In this document: positions 23,424 through 33,345 of the stretch, one piece after another
How positions within the stretch are numbered: position 1 is the first letter of the stretch
Layout of the letters: each line of letters begins with the position of its first letter
NCBI GenBank assembly: GCA_000165345.1
Contig: CM000436.1
Location: forward strand, 896,001-960,000
Direction: 5' to 3'
Length of the DNA: 64,000 bases
The notes under the pieces: model-generated
The model's input: the letters and a program-made list of their open reading frames with translations, nothing else
The model's database searches: none
Told to the model about the DNA's origin: nothing
Made by a program: the position numbers and the translations under genes

Positions 23424-23998
23424 ATGAATAATTATTCAACTTTAGAGAAATTACCTCAAATCACTATTAATGCAGGCCCATTAGATAATTTATGGCCAGA
23501 GAGACTAAAAGAGGAGCTGAAGGTATTAATAGGATATGTGGCATTATTAAAAGATTCAGGAGAAGAGTGGTTCAATATTAAGCCACTTCAAGATGGAACA
23601 AAGTAAGGTTAACACATTTTTCATATTGTCTAATTTATTAGTTATAGATGGGAAGGAGTTTGTTGGTACACTCACAACTTAAAAAGATACGAATTTGCAT
23701 TTCGCTTTAATGTAAGTTGAAAAAACATAAATATATCTGAGTTCAAATTTTTGGAAATTTTAACGGGTTTTAGATACCTGAGAAGTATCCTATTACTCCA
23801 TTCGAAGTTGAAATTCCAGAGTTGGATGGGAAAACTTTGAAAATGTATAGAGGCGGAAAGATTTGTATGGATACTCATTTCATTCCTCTCTGGCTAAGAA
23901 ATTGCCCAAAATTTGGTATTGTTCATATTCTAGCTTTCGGCCTGGCGCCATGGCTTGCTGCAGAAGTTCCATTTTTGGTATCATCATGTAAAATTTAA
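23424..23998 (+). CDS. UFC1: Ubiquitin-fold modifier-conjugating enzyme 1 (UFC1), three exons: join(23424..23602,23648..23711,23774..23998), 155 aa.
   Basis: The spliced product aligns end to end with human UFC1: [27 protein letters not shown] vs [29 protein letters not shown]; [22 protein letters not shown] vs [22 protein letters not shown]; [52 protein letters not shown] vs [52 protein letters not shown] (catalytic Cys in GGKIC). The introns are 45 nt (GTAAGG..ttatag, CTAAT branch) and 62 nt (GTAAGT..ttttag, TTAAC branch), and the phases close. Confidence 0.75.
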
Positions 23999-24166
23999 TC
24001 TCTTTTGAAAGAAAAAACTGTGAATAATCAAATAAACTTATAATCATTTTGGCGTTAGGCCTTATGAAAATATTTAACTATTATAACTTGTATATGCATA
24101 GTGTGTTTATAGTAAACTTGTACAGTTGCTTTCGGCTCGATTTTCTAGTTTGTTCAGTTATTCAGC

Positions 24167-24175
24167 TTTTGGCGC
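24167..24175. promoter_or_regulatory. TTTTGGCGC box about 240 bp upstream of the Patched-like gene.
   Basis: It matches the E2F-like TTTSGCGC pattern. Confidence 0.35.
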
Positions 24176-24407
24176 TTGAAAATGATCTATGCTTCCAGTA
24201 TTAAGGGGGATGTCGCCGTAATCGAACAAAGTATAGCTCAAGAGTTGAATTAGCTTGCTATAAAGGAGAATATACTTCAACAAAAACTCATTAATAGACC
24301 AGAGGTCTGCGAAGAACTTCTAAGTTGCGAATATCAATTCTTCCTCAGGCAAGATCACGCATTTTCTTTCGGTTTTGCATTTTTAATCTTCTAAATGGAG
24401 TAGAGAA

Positions 24408-27400
24408 ATGACGGAGAAGACGCATCAAATGGAGGAGAGTTTTCTCAATGATGAGGATTTAAAATCAGATATCGAAATACCACAGGAAGAAACATGCAAC
24501 TGCCCAAAATCTACCCCAGAACAATTGGAATATAAAAATAGTGTATTTATTAGTGACGACTTATTTTATTCTTTTGAGTTAGATAAAAATATGATAGATG
24601 AAAAAAAGAAAATTGATGAACAGCCCAAAGATGGAGGTCTTTTTCAGAAACGTGAAAATAGTTCAAGTTGTATTTTTGGAAGAGCTATTAATTATATTCG
24701 AAGGAAAAGGCCTCAATCTAAAATTGCAAGTGACGCAAATCAGGTCCCTTCAAATAATGACAAGAATAACGGATCAATTTTATTTTCCATATTAAAGTGC
24801 CTTCATGGCACCCACTTATTTGATAAGTACACAAAGAAAATTGGCAAACACATTTCTCTTGTTGCAGCCGTGTACCCTAGATCTCTGCTGATTATAGGGA
24901 ATGTAATGGGGTTAATGTTTGGTTTAATAGTTGCTTTGGGTTTGATGAAGTTATACCCATTTCATCTTGATGTAAATGGATCTCTTGATTTATTTCTTCC
25001 TACAAAGTCGATTCACAACGTTCATAAAGAAGAGCTACGAAAGTTGTTTGGCCCAGAAAGTGTAACCGTCCCAATTTTATATAGTAATAAGGGGCCACCA
25101 GGATCATCTCTTTTAGATTACGTAACTTTAAAACAAATTTGGAGAAATGAAATGTCAATTCAAGCAATAAAAGTAGTAGACAAAAAAGGAAAAGAATGGG
25201 GCTGGGAGGATATTTGTTATCATCAACCAACAGGATCTGTAGTTACGGGGATACCTTGTGTTGCTTTGTCCTTATTTGGTCTTTTTATGATAAATGAATC
25301 ATCTGGGATTTTTTCTGAGAAGGACTTTGATGAAGCGTTTACAGGTGATTGTTGTAGCGGAATTAGTATTGCCAAATTTGCAGCAGGAAACTTATTAAAA
25401 CAGTCTTATTTTCCTTATCAATACAAATATGATGAGAATCTCCCTGAGTGGCCATTCGAGATTCATAATACACAGGAAATGCTTTCTATATATAGATTAA
25501 ATACGACTGTTCCTGAAGAGGTAAGAATTGCATGGGAAAACAAAGTCACAGACCATATTAAAAGTGTGCAGAGACGTAATAAACTTGTGAGTATCATTAA
25601 TACTGAAGAGAAGTCTAAAGGTAACCCAATTAAATTAAAAAACAGAAAGCTTCAAGAAAACGAGAATTCAGATAACTCTACAGAGACTCTAAGCAATGGA
25701 TTAAAACAAGAAACTTTTGGCTATTCTACAAGTTCAGAAACTTTGAAGGATGTAAGTATTTACCCAAACAATTGGGGGATTGTTCATTATTCCTTGGAGT
25801 TTGTTTCGTCTGAAACTACAGAATTGGCAAATAAAGAAACCCCACTATTGCTTGCAACATTCGCCTTGATGATTATTTTTATGGCAGTTTGCATATCCGG
25901 AAAATTTCCAAAAAGATCCAGGGTATTATTATCTTCAACTGTTGTTATGATAACTGTATATGCTACTGTGGGGAGTTTTGCAACTGGAATGATATTTGGA
26001 GTGCCAATCTCTCCTCTTACGCCATTATTTATTCACATGTTGTTGGGAGTTGTTGTAAGCTACATGATAATTTCTGTAAGAACTTATATGAAGACTCGGA
26101 TATATATTAGAGTACCATTTCATTATTTACCTTTATTAAATCCTAAGTATGTTCGAGTTTCCGGTAATGAAGTCTTTCTTGAAATTACACAATATATTTA
26201 CAAACCATGGATGGGATTCTTGTATTTAGAAACGGATAATAATAATTCTAGCAAAATAATTCACGGAAATAGCCATAGTTATGGTAGCACAAGCGTTGGG
26301 TTAATTTACGGTCAAAATCAATCAAGTAATGAAATTTCATCTTTTAAGTCAAGCTCTGTGTCGAATTCATATTCAAACGAGAGAAGTCAATCTGAACAGA
26401 CTGAAAAAACTTATGTTACTACAGATTTTGTGGCTTCAAAAGAAAATAAAATTCCATCAAATAAGGTATCTTCAGACCAAGATCTATACCATGATTATGG
26501 GCAGAATGATTTTGAGCGCATAAATGAAGTGGAAGATAATGCTGATGAAATTCGCGTTACCAATACTGGTAAAATTATTGATTCAAGCAATGAATGGCAC
26601 ATATATCCTGAATATATTGAGAAAAAAATGTGGGATAACGATACGCTTCTCAAAATCAGGCTTTCCGTATCAGGTTCCGTTGTATTTAGTTCAATTACCC
26701 TTACTTGTCTTACATCTTGTGCAGCGCTATTTTTGGGGACGGTAGTAGACTTCCCAATAGTGCGTTATTATTGCATTCATGCTGGCTTTGGAATACTCTA
26801 TTTATTTATTTTCCATTGGCTGATTTTCCTTCCTTCTTTTGTATTAGATGAAAAGAGAATATATCGTAGAAAATACGATGTTTTCCCATTTTTGAAATTT
26901 AAACTTAATAATAAAAGGTCAAAGTATTTATTCATTCCTGAAGAACCTAAGTTTGTTGGAAGTAACAATGACCAGCAAAAATTGGAAATTTCATCCAGTA
27001 TAAATCCATTTACGCGTGTTGCTTCGCCATCTAATGTTTCTCTTTCAGCATCAAACGACTCTAGAAAAGGTACAATTCTTTCCATATTTACTAGGCATGT
27101 GTACAAAGTAAGGAGCGAAGTTGTAAAAAATTATCAAAGATATAAAACATGGTGGGGGGATAAATCTGCAAATCAACGCAAGCAAGAACAATTTCATCAA
27201 AGGAAAAGCAATATTGAACTTAATGAGATAAACAATATAGTGTTTAACGAAGTATATTCTAAAGATGCTTCAAATAAAATGGATCAACCCCACTTACCTT
27301 ATAAAAATAATAGGAACATTGCGATTCAGAATGCAATTGATAGTATTGATATGCATGATATTTGGATTGGAAGATTAATGGTGGAATCTTCTAAGGCCGA

Positions 27401-28805
27401 TGTAATTATGAGACTAATGTGCAACTTTACATTTAGGCTGTTTGCATGCCTGTTCTTCATTGTGGTAGTTATACTGGGAATAATGTTTGGGAAAAATGTT
27501 AATACAGAGTTTAGTGCAGTTAGATACCTCCCCCCAAACTCTACTTTACATTATTTTGTAGAAACATTAGCAAAATCATGGGGTTCTGAACCGCGTCAGA
27601 TGTATCTTGTGTTCCCAGGAAGTGACAAAGTATCATGGAACAATAAACATGTCCGTGAGGAATTCATTAATTTAGTTGATAACGTCTTATTAAAAGATCC
27701 AGCAATAATGACACCGATTGTAAGTTGGATTCATGATTTTGAAATTTTCCATTTTGGAACAAATACTCCAGAAGACCCAGATCACATTCAATCTTTTGTT
27801 AGAGAATGCTCTCCAGATCTAGACAATCCACGGCCACCTCCTAATGATGCTCCCGAAGAAGAGTTTTACAAATTTCTGAATGAATGGAGGAATAGGAAGG
27901 TTTTTAAAGGAGATGAATCTCAAGAAGATACTATTTGTGTCGTATCAAAACTTAGTTCAAAACTTACAGCTTCTACCTTGTCTGAAAGTGCGCCTTTCAT
28001 CAGAAATATTATTCCAGAAATGCACGATGAAACCATGCTTGTATTCAAAAATGGAAACCCTTCAGAAGGAATTCAATCATTTAGAATAATGACTATGATA
28101 AAGCATAGTCCTTTGAATTCGCAATATAACTTTGAAACAATGAATCGGCTCTCAAATTTAATCGAAACAGTTTTTGAGAAAGATTTTCCTGGTACATATA
28201 TTTACAGCGACTGGTTTTTGGAAGCTGAGAGAGATCTTAATATCTTGTATATTGTTTGGAAACTTCTTCTTTACATAACACTTGGTGTATCAATTATGCT
28301 TTGCATTATTCAAAACCCTTTAACTGGTATTTTTATAGGGCTTGTTGTGGGAGGGATTAATATTACAGTAATATTGATTATGTACATTACTGGACTTATC
28401 TTTGATATTGTAGCTTTCATGGTTCTAGCAACAGCAGTATCATTTTCAATTGAATATATTGTACACATTACTCATTTGTTCCTGCTAACAAAAAGAAACT
28501 CCGGAGTCGAAAGGATTCGAGATTCACTTTTAGATATGGGGCCTAATGTTATATATGCTGTAATATCGACCTTCCTTGGTGTTATACTTCTAGCATTTTC
28601 TACTTCAGAATCGTTCAAAGTTTTTCTTTGGATAACTACAATTGTTCTTTGTGTCTCTGCAACAGCAGGAATTATGATAGCACCGGCAATCCTTTCTATT
28701 GCACTTGATTTTGGAAACTTCATTAGAGATTACTACAACAATAGAAAGAGGCAGCAAGAACTAGATGACACAATACTTGAGATAAAGTCAAACAATATAA
28801 TTTAG
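24408..28805 (+). CDS. Patched/NPC1/Dispatched-like RND-superfamily membrane protein (1465 aa), single exon.
   Basis: There are two clusters of about 5-6 TM helices separated by large hydrophilic loops. The second cluster contains GLIFDIVAFMVLATAVSFSIEYIVHITHLF, which resembles the conserved GIAVEFCSHITRAF motif of NPC1/Patched-type proteins. The N-terminal region is cytosolic and low-complexity. The ATG at 24408 is genuine. Confidence 0.6.
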   Translation: MTEKTHQMEESFLNDEDLKSDIEIPQEETCNCPKSTPEQLEYKNSVFISDDLFYSFELDKNMIDEKKKIDEQPKDGGLFQKRENSSSCIFGRAINYIRRKRPQSKIASDANQVPSNNDKNNGSILFSILKCLHGTHLFDKYTKKIGKHISLVAAVYPRSLLIIGNVMGLMFGLIVALGLMKLYPFHLDVNGSLDLFLPTKSIHNVHKEELRKLFGPESVTVPILYSNKGPPGSSLLDYVTLKQIWRNEMSIQAIKVVDKKGKEWGWEDICYHQPTGSVVTGIPCVALSLFGLFMINESSGIFSEKDFDEAFTGDCCSGISIAKFAAGNLLKQSYFPYQYKYDENLPEWPFEIHNTQEMLSIYRLNTTVPEEVRIAWENKVTDHIKSVQRRNKLVSIINTEEKSKGNPIKLKNRKLQENENSDNSTETLSNGLKQETFGYSTSSETLKDVSIYPNNWGIVHYSLEFVSSETTELANKETPLLLATFALMIIFMAVCISGKFPKRSRVLLSSTVVMITVYATVGSFATGMIFGVPISPLTPLFIHMLLGVVVSYMIISVRTYMKTRIYIRVPFHYLPLLNPKYVRVSGNEVFLEITQYIYKPWMGFLYLETDNNNSSKIIHGNSHSYGSTSVGLIYGQNQSSNEISSFKSSSVSNSYSNERSQSEQTEKTYVTTDFVASKENKIPSNKVSSDQDLYHDYGQNDFERINEVEDNADEIRVTNTGKIIDSSNEWHIYPEYIEKKMWDNDTLLKIRLSVSGSVVFSSITLTCLTSCAALFLGTVVDFPIVRYYCIHAGFGILYLFIFHWLIFLPSFVLDEKRIYRRKYDVFPFLKFKLNNKRSKYLFIPEEPKFVGSNNDQQKLEISSSINPFTRVASPSNVSLSASNDSRKGTILSIFTRHVYKVRSEVVKNYQRYKTWWGDKSANQRKQEQFHQRKSNIELNEINNIVFNEVYSKDASNKMDQPHLPYKNNRNIAIQNAIDSIDMHDIWIGRLMVESSKADVIMRLMCNFTFRLFACLFFIVVVILGIMFGKNVNTEFSAVRYLPPNSTLHYFVETLAKSWGSEPRQMYLVFPGSDKVSWNNKHVREEFINLVDNVLLKDPAIMTPIVSWIHDFEIFHFGTNTPEDPDHIQSFVRECSPDLDNPRPPPNDAPEEEFYKFLNEWRNRKVFKGDESQEDTICVVSKLSSKLTASTLSESAPFIRNIIPEMHDETMLVFKNGNPSEGIQSFRIMTMIKHSPLNSQYNFETMNRLSNLIETVFEKDFPGTYIYSDWFLEAERDLNILYIVWKLLLYITLGVSIMLCIIQNPLTGIFIGLVVGGINITVILIMYITGLIFDIVAFMVLATAVSFSIEYIVHITHLFLLTKRNSGVERIRDSLLDMGPNVIYAVISTFLGVILLAFSTSESFKVFLWITTIVLCVSATAGIMIAPAILSIALDFGNFIRDYYNNRKRQQELDDTILEIKSNNII

Positions 28806-29020
28806 TTAATTAGTTGAAAACAAGAATTCATAGGATAATTAAAGCTAGATGGTTATTTTGTAATCGAGTTTGAAATAATTCACAATTTTTGGTGAAGAAT
28901 TTCGTTAGTATTAGGGAAAATATAGTACTATTACTTCATCTGAACTTCAAACGATTAAAATCTCATTAATACCTTCTAGTTGGCAAATCTATCTACAGTT
29001 ATAAAGAGCTAATAATAATT

Positions 29021-30343
29021 TTATACACTTACCTTTTTATCTTCTAACTCGTCAAAAACGTAAATTCCATTTAGGTTATAAACTCCCGATACTAGTGCCT
29101 GGCAATCCAGCTCTAATGTAACTGTTTCCCCCGCTTTTAGCTCTTCTAAATATAAACGGTCATTTCCTAATATTATTATTGGTAGAAGCTGGTCAAAATC
29201 CAATCTAATGCTCATGCCTTTTTGATCAATGCTTAAGTTATTCGTAACATATAAAAAAACTTTAAATTCTTCCTGCCTATTATTTACTGATGGTAATTCA
29301 GCTTTGAGAATAATTGCGTTTTTCTCTTTATTCAATTTGTTTTGATCGCATAGAATTGGTAGACCAATTTTATAAGAGTCAAGCCATCCATCTCCATATG
29401 ATACTGAAACCCATCCAATTCTAAGCTTAAGTTCTAGAACCTCTCTACTACTCTTTCCTAAATTATTGTATTCTCTACTGCAAGACGTAAATTTAAATAT
29501 TTTGTTGTATTTACATCTTGGTTGAATATATAAAGGCTCGTTATGCTTATTTTTTAAATTCACATCTTCCAGTTCAAATATTAGTTCAGGTAGTTTTTTT
29601 ATATTTATAGGTTCAAGCTTCATACTACTAAGGGTAATACTTTGGTGAGAAACATTTTCTAGTGAAACTTCAACAAAAATGGTCTTCTTATCCATAGTAT
29701 CTTCATCTAAATTGTATAATCGGTGAGAAATATTGAAAGGAGAAAGCACTGCAAATTTGTATGACTTCTTTTGTGTTAATCTAGCCTCATTTGATGTGAA
29801 AAATAATTGGCAAGTTAAACTATATAGCCCAACCTCGTCTACCCTTTCTTTAACTACAATATCCAATGAATCTCCAATATCTATATCGGAATAGTTATCC
29901 TCATTATTGTATAGTATGTGGCGTTTCTTTGTACCTACAAGTTCTACCTAAAAGAAATAAATTATAATCTTTCAATACAATGTAACCTACTTTTAGAACT
30001 ACCCCATTTGCCTTAATAATACTCGAGTTGGTGATACTAATAAACGCATGAAAAGACTCACCGCAATATAAACGGCTTAAGAAGTGAAATAAATAGTTTA
30101 TTTGTAAAATTATTCATTAAATTGATAAATTAGACGCTCTTTCATACTTACCACTGAGTTGTTGGCAATAAAAGAGGAAACATATTATCAACACACAAAA
30201 CTTCTTCTTCTCCATTTTCCAAATTACACTATTGTTGTTAGAAGTTAAATTAACAAATTAAACTCAAGTATTTTTAAAAAACTCACCGGAAGTAAACTTA
30301 ATGTAGATACCTGTGAATCAATTGGAGAATGTGAAAGTGACAT
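29021..30343 (-). CDS. Hypothetical conserved-looking protein with four exons: complement(join(29021..29947,29991..30036,30152..30228,30287..30343)), about 368 aa. The 5' exons are provisional.
   Basis: The 281-aa track ORF begins at a TTG, and its frame continues 27 codons upstream to acceptor cttttag (intron 29990..29948, 43 nt, donor GTAGGT). Further upstream, exons are bounded by GTAAGT (30151) ..115 nt.. tttattag, and by GTGAGT (30286) ..58 nt with a CTAAC branch.. caatag. All phases close from the ATG at 30343 (MSLSHSPIDSQVSTLSLLP|CNLENGEEEVLCVDNMFPLLLPTTQ|C ITNSSIIKANGVVLK|VELVGTKKRHILYNNE...). The function is unknown; the protein has beta-rich alternating hydrophobicity. Confidence 0.45.
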
Positions 30344-30685
30344 AACTTTTAAGCTTAAAACTTCATTCGTTCCCGAAGTCATAACTCAAACTACTTATCT
30401 CAATAGCTGTGTTTTTAATGGTTGGCAAATGAAATTAAATACATTAATGAAAGGGTCCTTAATAAATATTTACTTTGTACTCACTTTGTTCACACTAATT
30501 ATTCAAGATACAACCATTATTACTGATGGCGCCAATACTAAGAATTCTTATAATAAGTTAACTTATAATTGGCCAAACAAGTAACCAGGAAATACAGCAA
30601 AAATCACTAGCATTATGAAGTGCATTTATTATGTGTTTTCATCGTGCGTTCAAACTACCTAGCCATTTTTTTCCACCATAATTTA

Positions 30686-30719
30686 ATGATGGCGGTAATT
30701 AACTACGTATTAATTACCG
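30686..30719. promoter_or_regulatory. GATGGCGG box joined to a 27-bp near-perfect palindrome CGGTAATTAA-CTACGTA-TTAATTACCG, about 170-200 bp upstream of Rcl1.
   Basis: The 10-bp arms are perfect inverted repeats and the centre contains the palindrome TACGTA. A GGCGG motif immediately precedes it. Confidence 0.4.
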
Positions 30720-30884
30720 ACATTATGCTAATGTCAAAATTTGCATTTAAAACTGAACAATCTAAATAATCCGACTCCAATACATAAAATAAAATTTAAG
30801 CATTAAATAAAGCTAAGCGTAGAGGTTTGTATATCCCTTATTGAATTCTTGCAAGTAAAACAATTTTTCTCGATATTTTTTGAT

Positions 30885-32201
30885 ATGTTAATTTTTAAAG
30901 GAGGAAATTTCTTGAGACAAAGACTAGCTCTTTCGACGATAACAGGTAAACCAATAATAATTAAAGAAATTAGAGCAGATGATACTTTGAATCCTGGCCT
31001 AAATGATTCCGAAACATCTTTACTACATCTTTTGGATTACGTTACGGATGGTTCCAAAATCAAGATTAATGATACAGGTACTACTCTAAATTATACACCA
31101 GGAATAATTACTGGTGGAGGCACATCAGATAAACCGCTAATTCACGAATGTCATCCTAGCAGGTCACTATCTTACTATATAGAATTTTTATTAATGTTTG
31201 CCCAATTTGGGAGAGATCCTTTATGTATTAAACTCATTGGAATTACTGATAACAGTAGTACAGATCACTCATCCGATTTAATTAGAATGGTTACTATTCC
31301 TTTAATAAAAAAGATGATTCCCCAGGTTGGAGAGATATCTTTGAGCATCATTAAGAGAAGTGTGTCACAGAATTCTCCAGGTCAAGTACAATTGAATATA
31401 CCTACTATCAAAAAGATTGAACCTATATTAATGGATGGGCCAATTGGCAGAATAAAGAGAATTAGAGGAATTTCATGGTACACAGGTTCAGCATCTGCTC
31501 AAATAGCAATTAAAATGATTTCTAAGGCCAGAGGTATTTTGAATAAGTTTATTCCCGATGTATGGATTTACTTTGACAAACCAAAAAAAGACTCTCTTCA
31601 AAATGATGAGGAAATTACAGGTTTTGGGATGACTTTGGTGGCAGAAAGTATTAAAGGTATTACAATAGGTTCAAATTGCTCCTTTATCTCAAGTTCGATT
31701 GATGTACAAAAAATGTTGAATATCCCTATGGAGTCTTTTGAAGAAGAGCAAGTATTTAATTCAGACAATATTAATGAATATCAAATTCCAGATTTGAGTA
31801 GTGACTTATCAGCTAATGGCGAATACTCCAATGAATCTCGCAATGAAACATCAAGTTCAATTCAAGAAATTCAAAATAATGAAGAATTCAAGAGTTTAAC
31901 GGAATGGGAAAAAATCGGATGGCTAACTGCCAGTAGGCTACTTTTAGAAATTGATTCGCAAAGTAATGTTGACACAAGCCACCAGATATACCCACTTTTA
32001 TTTATGTCACTTTCACAGGATACTGCTACTTCTAAACTCAAACTATCTAAGCTAGCGCCTATGACTATTCAATTTATGAGAGACTTGAAGACCTTTACAA
32101 ATATTGAGTTTACAATTAAAGAAGATACCGAAAATGGTCTATTCATTATACTTTCTTGTACAGGAATAGGCTTCTCTAATTTCGCAAGAAAGGCAGCTTG
32201 A
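30885..32201 (+). CDS. RCL1: RNA 3'-terminal phosphate cyclase-like protein Rcl1, for 18S rRNA processing (438 aa from the ATG at 30885).
   Basis: The track start at 30849 is a TTG. From ATG 30885 the sequence MLIFKGGNFLRQRLALSTITGKPIIIKEIRADDTLNPGL...TGTTLNYTPGIITGG...IRGISWYTGSASAQIAIKMISKARGILNKFIPDVWIY...GFGMTLVAE...CTGIGFSNFARK matches Rcl1/RtcA-family landmarks (FEGSNFFRQRLVLATL, NQTGTTL.Y.PG, IKRIRG, ILNKFIPDIYIY, GIGFSN). There is one S/N/E-rich insertion at 31700-31950. Confidence 0.75.
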   Translation: MLIFKGGNFLRQRLALSTITGKPIIIKEIRADDTLNPGLNDSETSLLHLLDYVTDGSKIKINDTGTTLNYTPGIITGGGTSDKPLIHECHPSRSLSYYIEFLLMFAQFGRDPLCIKLIGITDNSSTDHSSDLIRMVTIPLIKKMIPQVGEISLSIIKRSVSQNSPGQVQLNIPTIKKIEPILMDGPIGRIKRIRGISWYTGSASAQIAIKMISKARGILNKFIPDVWIYFDKPKKDSLQNDEEITGFGMTLVAESIKGITIGSNCSFISSSIDVQKMLNIPMESFEEEQVFNSDNINEYQIPDLSSDLSANGEYSNESRNETSSSIQEIQNNEEFKSLTEWEKIGWLTASRLLLEIDSQSNVDTSHQIYPLLFMSLSQDTATSKLKLSKLAPMTIQFMRDLKTFTNIEFTIKEDTENGLFIILSCTGIGFSNFARKAA

Positions 32202-32442
32202 AATTCTAATTAAACGATATGAAACTTCTCTCTGTCAAAAATATATTTGATTTTATAAATGTTAATTCGATTTAATTATTAAAAATTTTTACTAGGTTTG
32301 AAAATCTTATCTCTTTATATTTTTGATTAATAGCTTCTTTCTTAATACATGCATGCACGCAATCATTATTTCCTGTGTTAGGCAGTTCGCATATGGTAAA
32401 ATAATCGAATTATATAAATATTTAAATTCTTTTAGATTATTT

Positions 32443-33027
32443 ATGAAAATGCCGAGTTTTATTTCAACAATTTACATTCTAATCGGATTGTTAATGAAAA
32501 TAGAAATTTCCTACTCTAAGTTTGAATTTTTAAGGAGAGACCATGCATACAAAAATGAAATATTTGAAAAAAATAATCAATCCATTTCTCAAAATAAAGA
32601 AAATTTGCATCACTATTTACCTATTTTCAATTTTAGCGAAGAGTTTGTTGCTCCAAATAGAACTTATCAATTTCTTGAATTATACAAAGAAATTTCTACA
32701 ATAAAAAGTGCTAATAGCGTTTCATTAAAAAAGGCCTATGTAGACCAAGTTTTGATCCCAAAGACAGATGCAAAGGTGGCGAAACTTAAAGCAGAAACTG
32801 CATATATTGAGACAAAAAATGCAGCAAAGAAAAAAAAAATGAGCCAAGTTAAGGGCGACTTTGAAAAAAATATAACATTTTCGTCATTAATTGGAAATCT
32901 TCTAAACTCATCTTCCCAGATTAATGGTACTCAGATATTGAATAATATTTATAATGAAACATTTTACTATCTGAATAATAAAAATATGAGTAATTCCACA
33001 GAAGGAATTGTATATGAGCTCGCTTAG
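32443..33027 (+). CDS. Hypothetical small secreted protein (194 aa from the ATG at 32443).
   Basis: The track ORF starts at a TTG (32323). The first ATG gives MKMPSFISTIYILIGLLMKIEIS, a signal-peptide-like N-terminus. The rest is K/N-rich with several NxS/T sequons and no recognisable domain. Confidence 0.4.
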   Translation: MKMPSFISTIYILIGLLMKIEISYSKFEFLRRDHAYKNEIFEKNNQSISQNKENLHHYLPIFNFSEEFVAPNRTYQFLELYKEISTIKSANSVSLKKAYVDQVLIPKTDAKVAKLKAETAYIETKNAAKKKKMSQVKGDFEKNITFSSLIGNLLNSSSQINGTQILNNIYNETFYYLNNKNMSNSTEGIVYELA

Positions 33028-33125
33028 ATTTCGTCATTTTTGATAGCAGAACATTGAGACAACTTTTCGAGTTATCAACGGATTTGTGCATTGTTTAATA
33101 AATTCGTTGCAATGTGCGTATTTTG

Positions 33126-33145
33126 TGCGCCAATTACAGTAATTG
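33126..33145. promoter_or_regulatory. GTGCGCCAAT box followed by the palindrome CAATTACAGTAATTG, about 200 bp upstream of ACC.
   Basis: A GCGCC core next to a 7-bp-arm inverted repeat; the TAATTAC element recurs 25 bp downstream. Confidence 0.35.
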
Positions 33146-33345
33146 TCAAGCTAAAGTTAATTACTATTAAGGTTTGCATTCTCACAAGCTTTTGTAATGA
33201 AATTTTATTTAAAGTGAGTTTCGGAAGAGAATAGGAGGGTTGCTCATATAATAGGTTAGTATTTTAGTATTGTATACCTTACGTCCAAAACTTACGGGTT
33301 TTGGCCGGGGAAAATCCATAACTAGGCTTGCTCGAATTGCTCAAA

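Noticed and set aside
30849-30884. N-terminal extensions of track ORFs starting with 'M' at 30849, 33328, 32323, 17387, 5980, 62905 and 29866.
   Set aside because: The corresponding codons are TTG or GTG, because the track evidently uses a bacterial start table. In a eukaryote these are not starts, so I moved each start to the first in-frame ATG.
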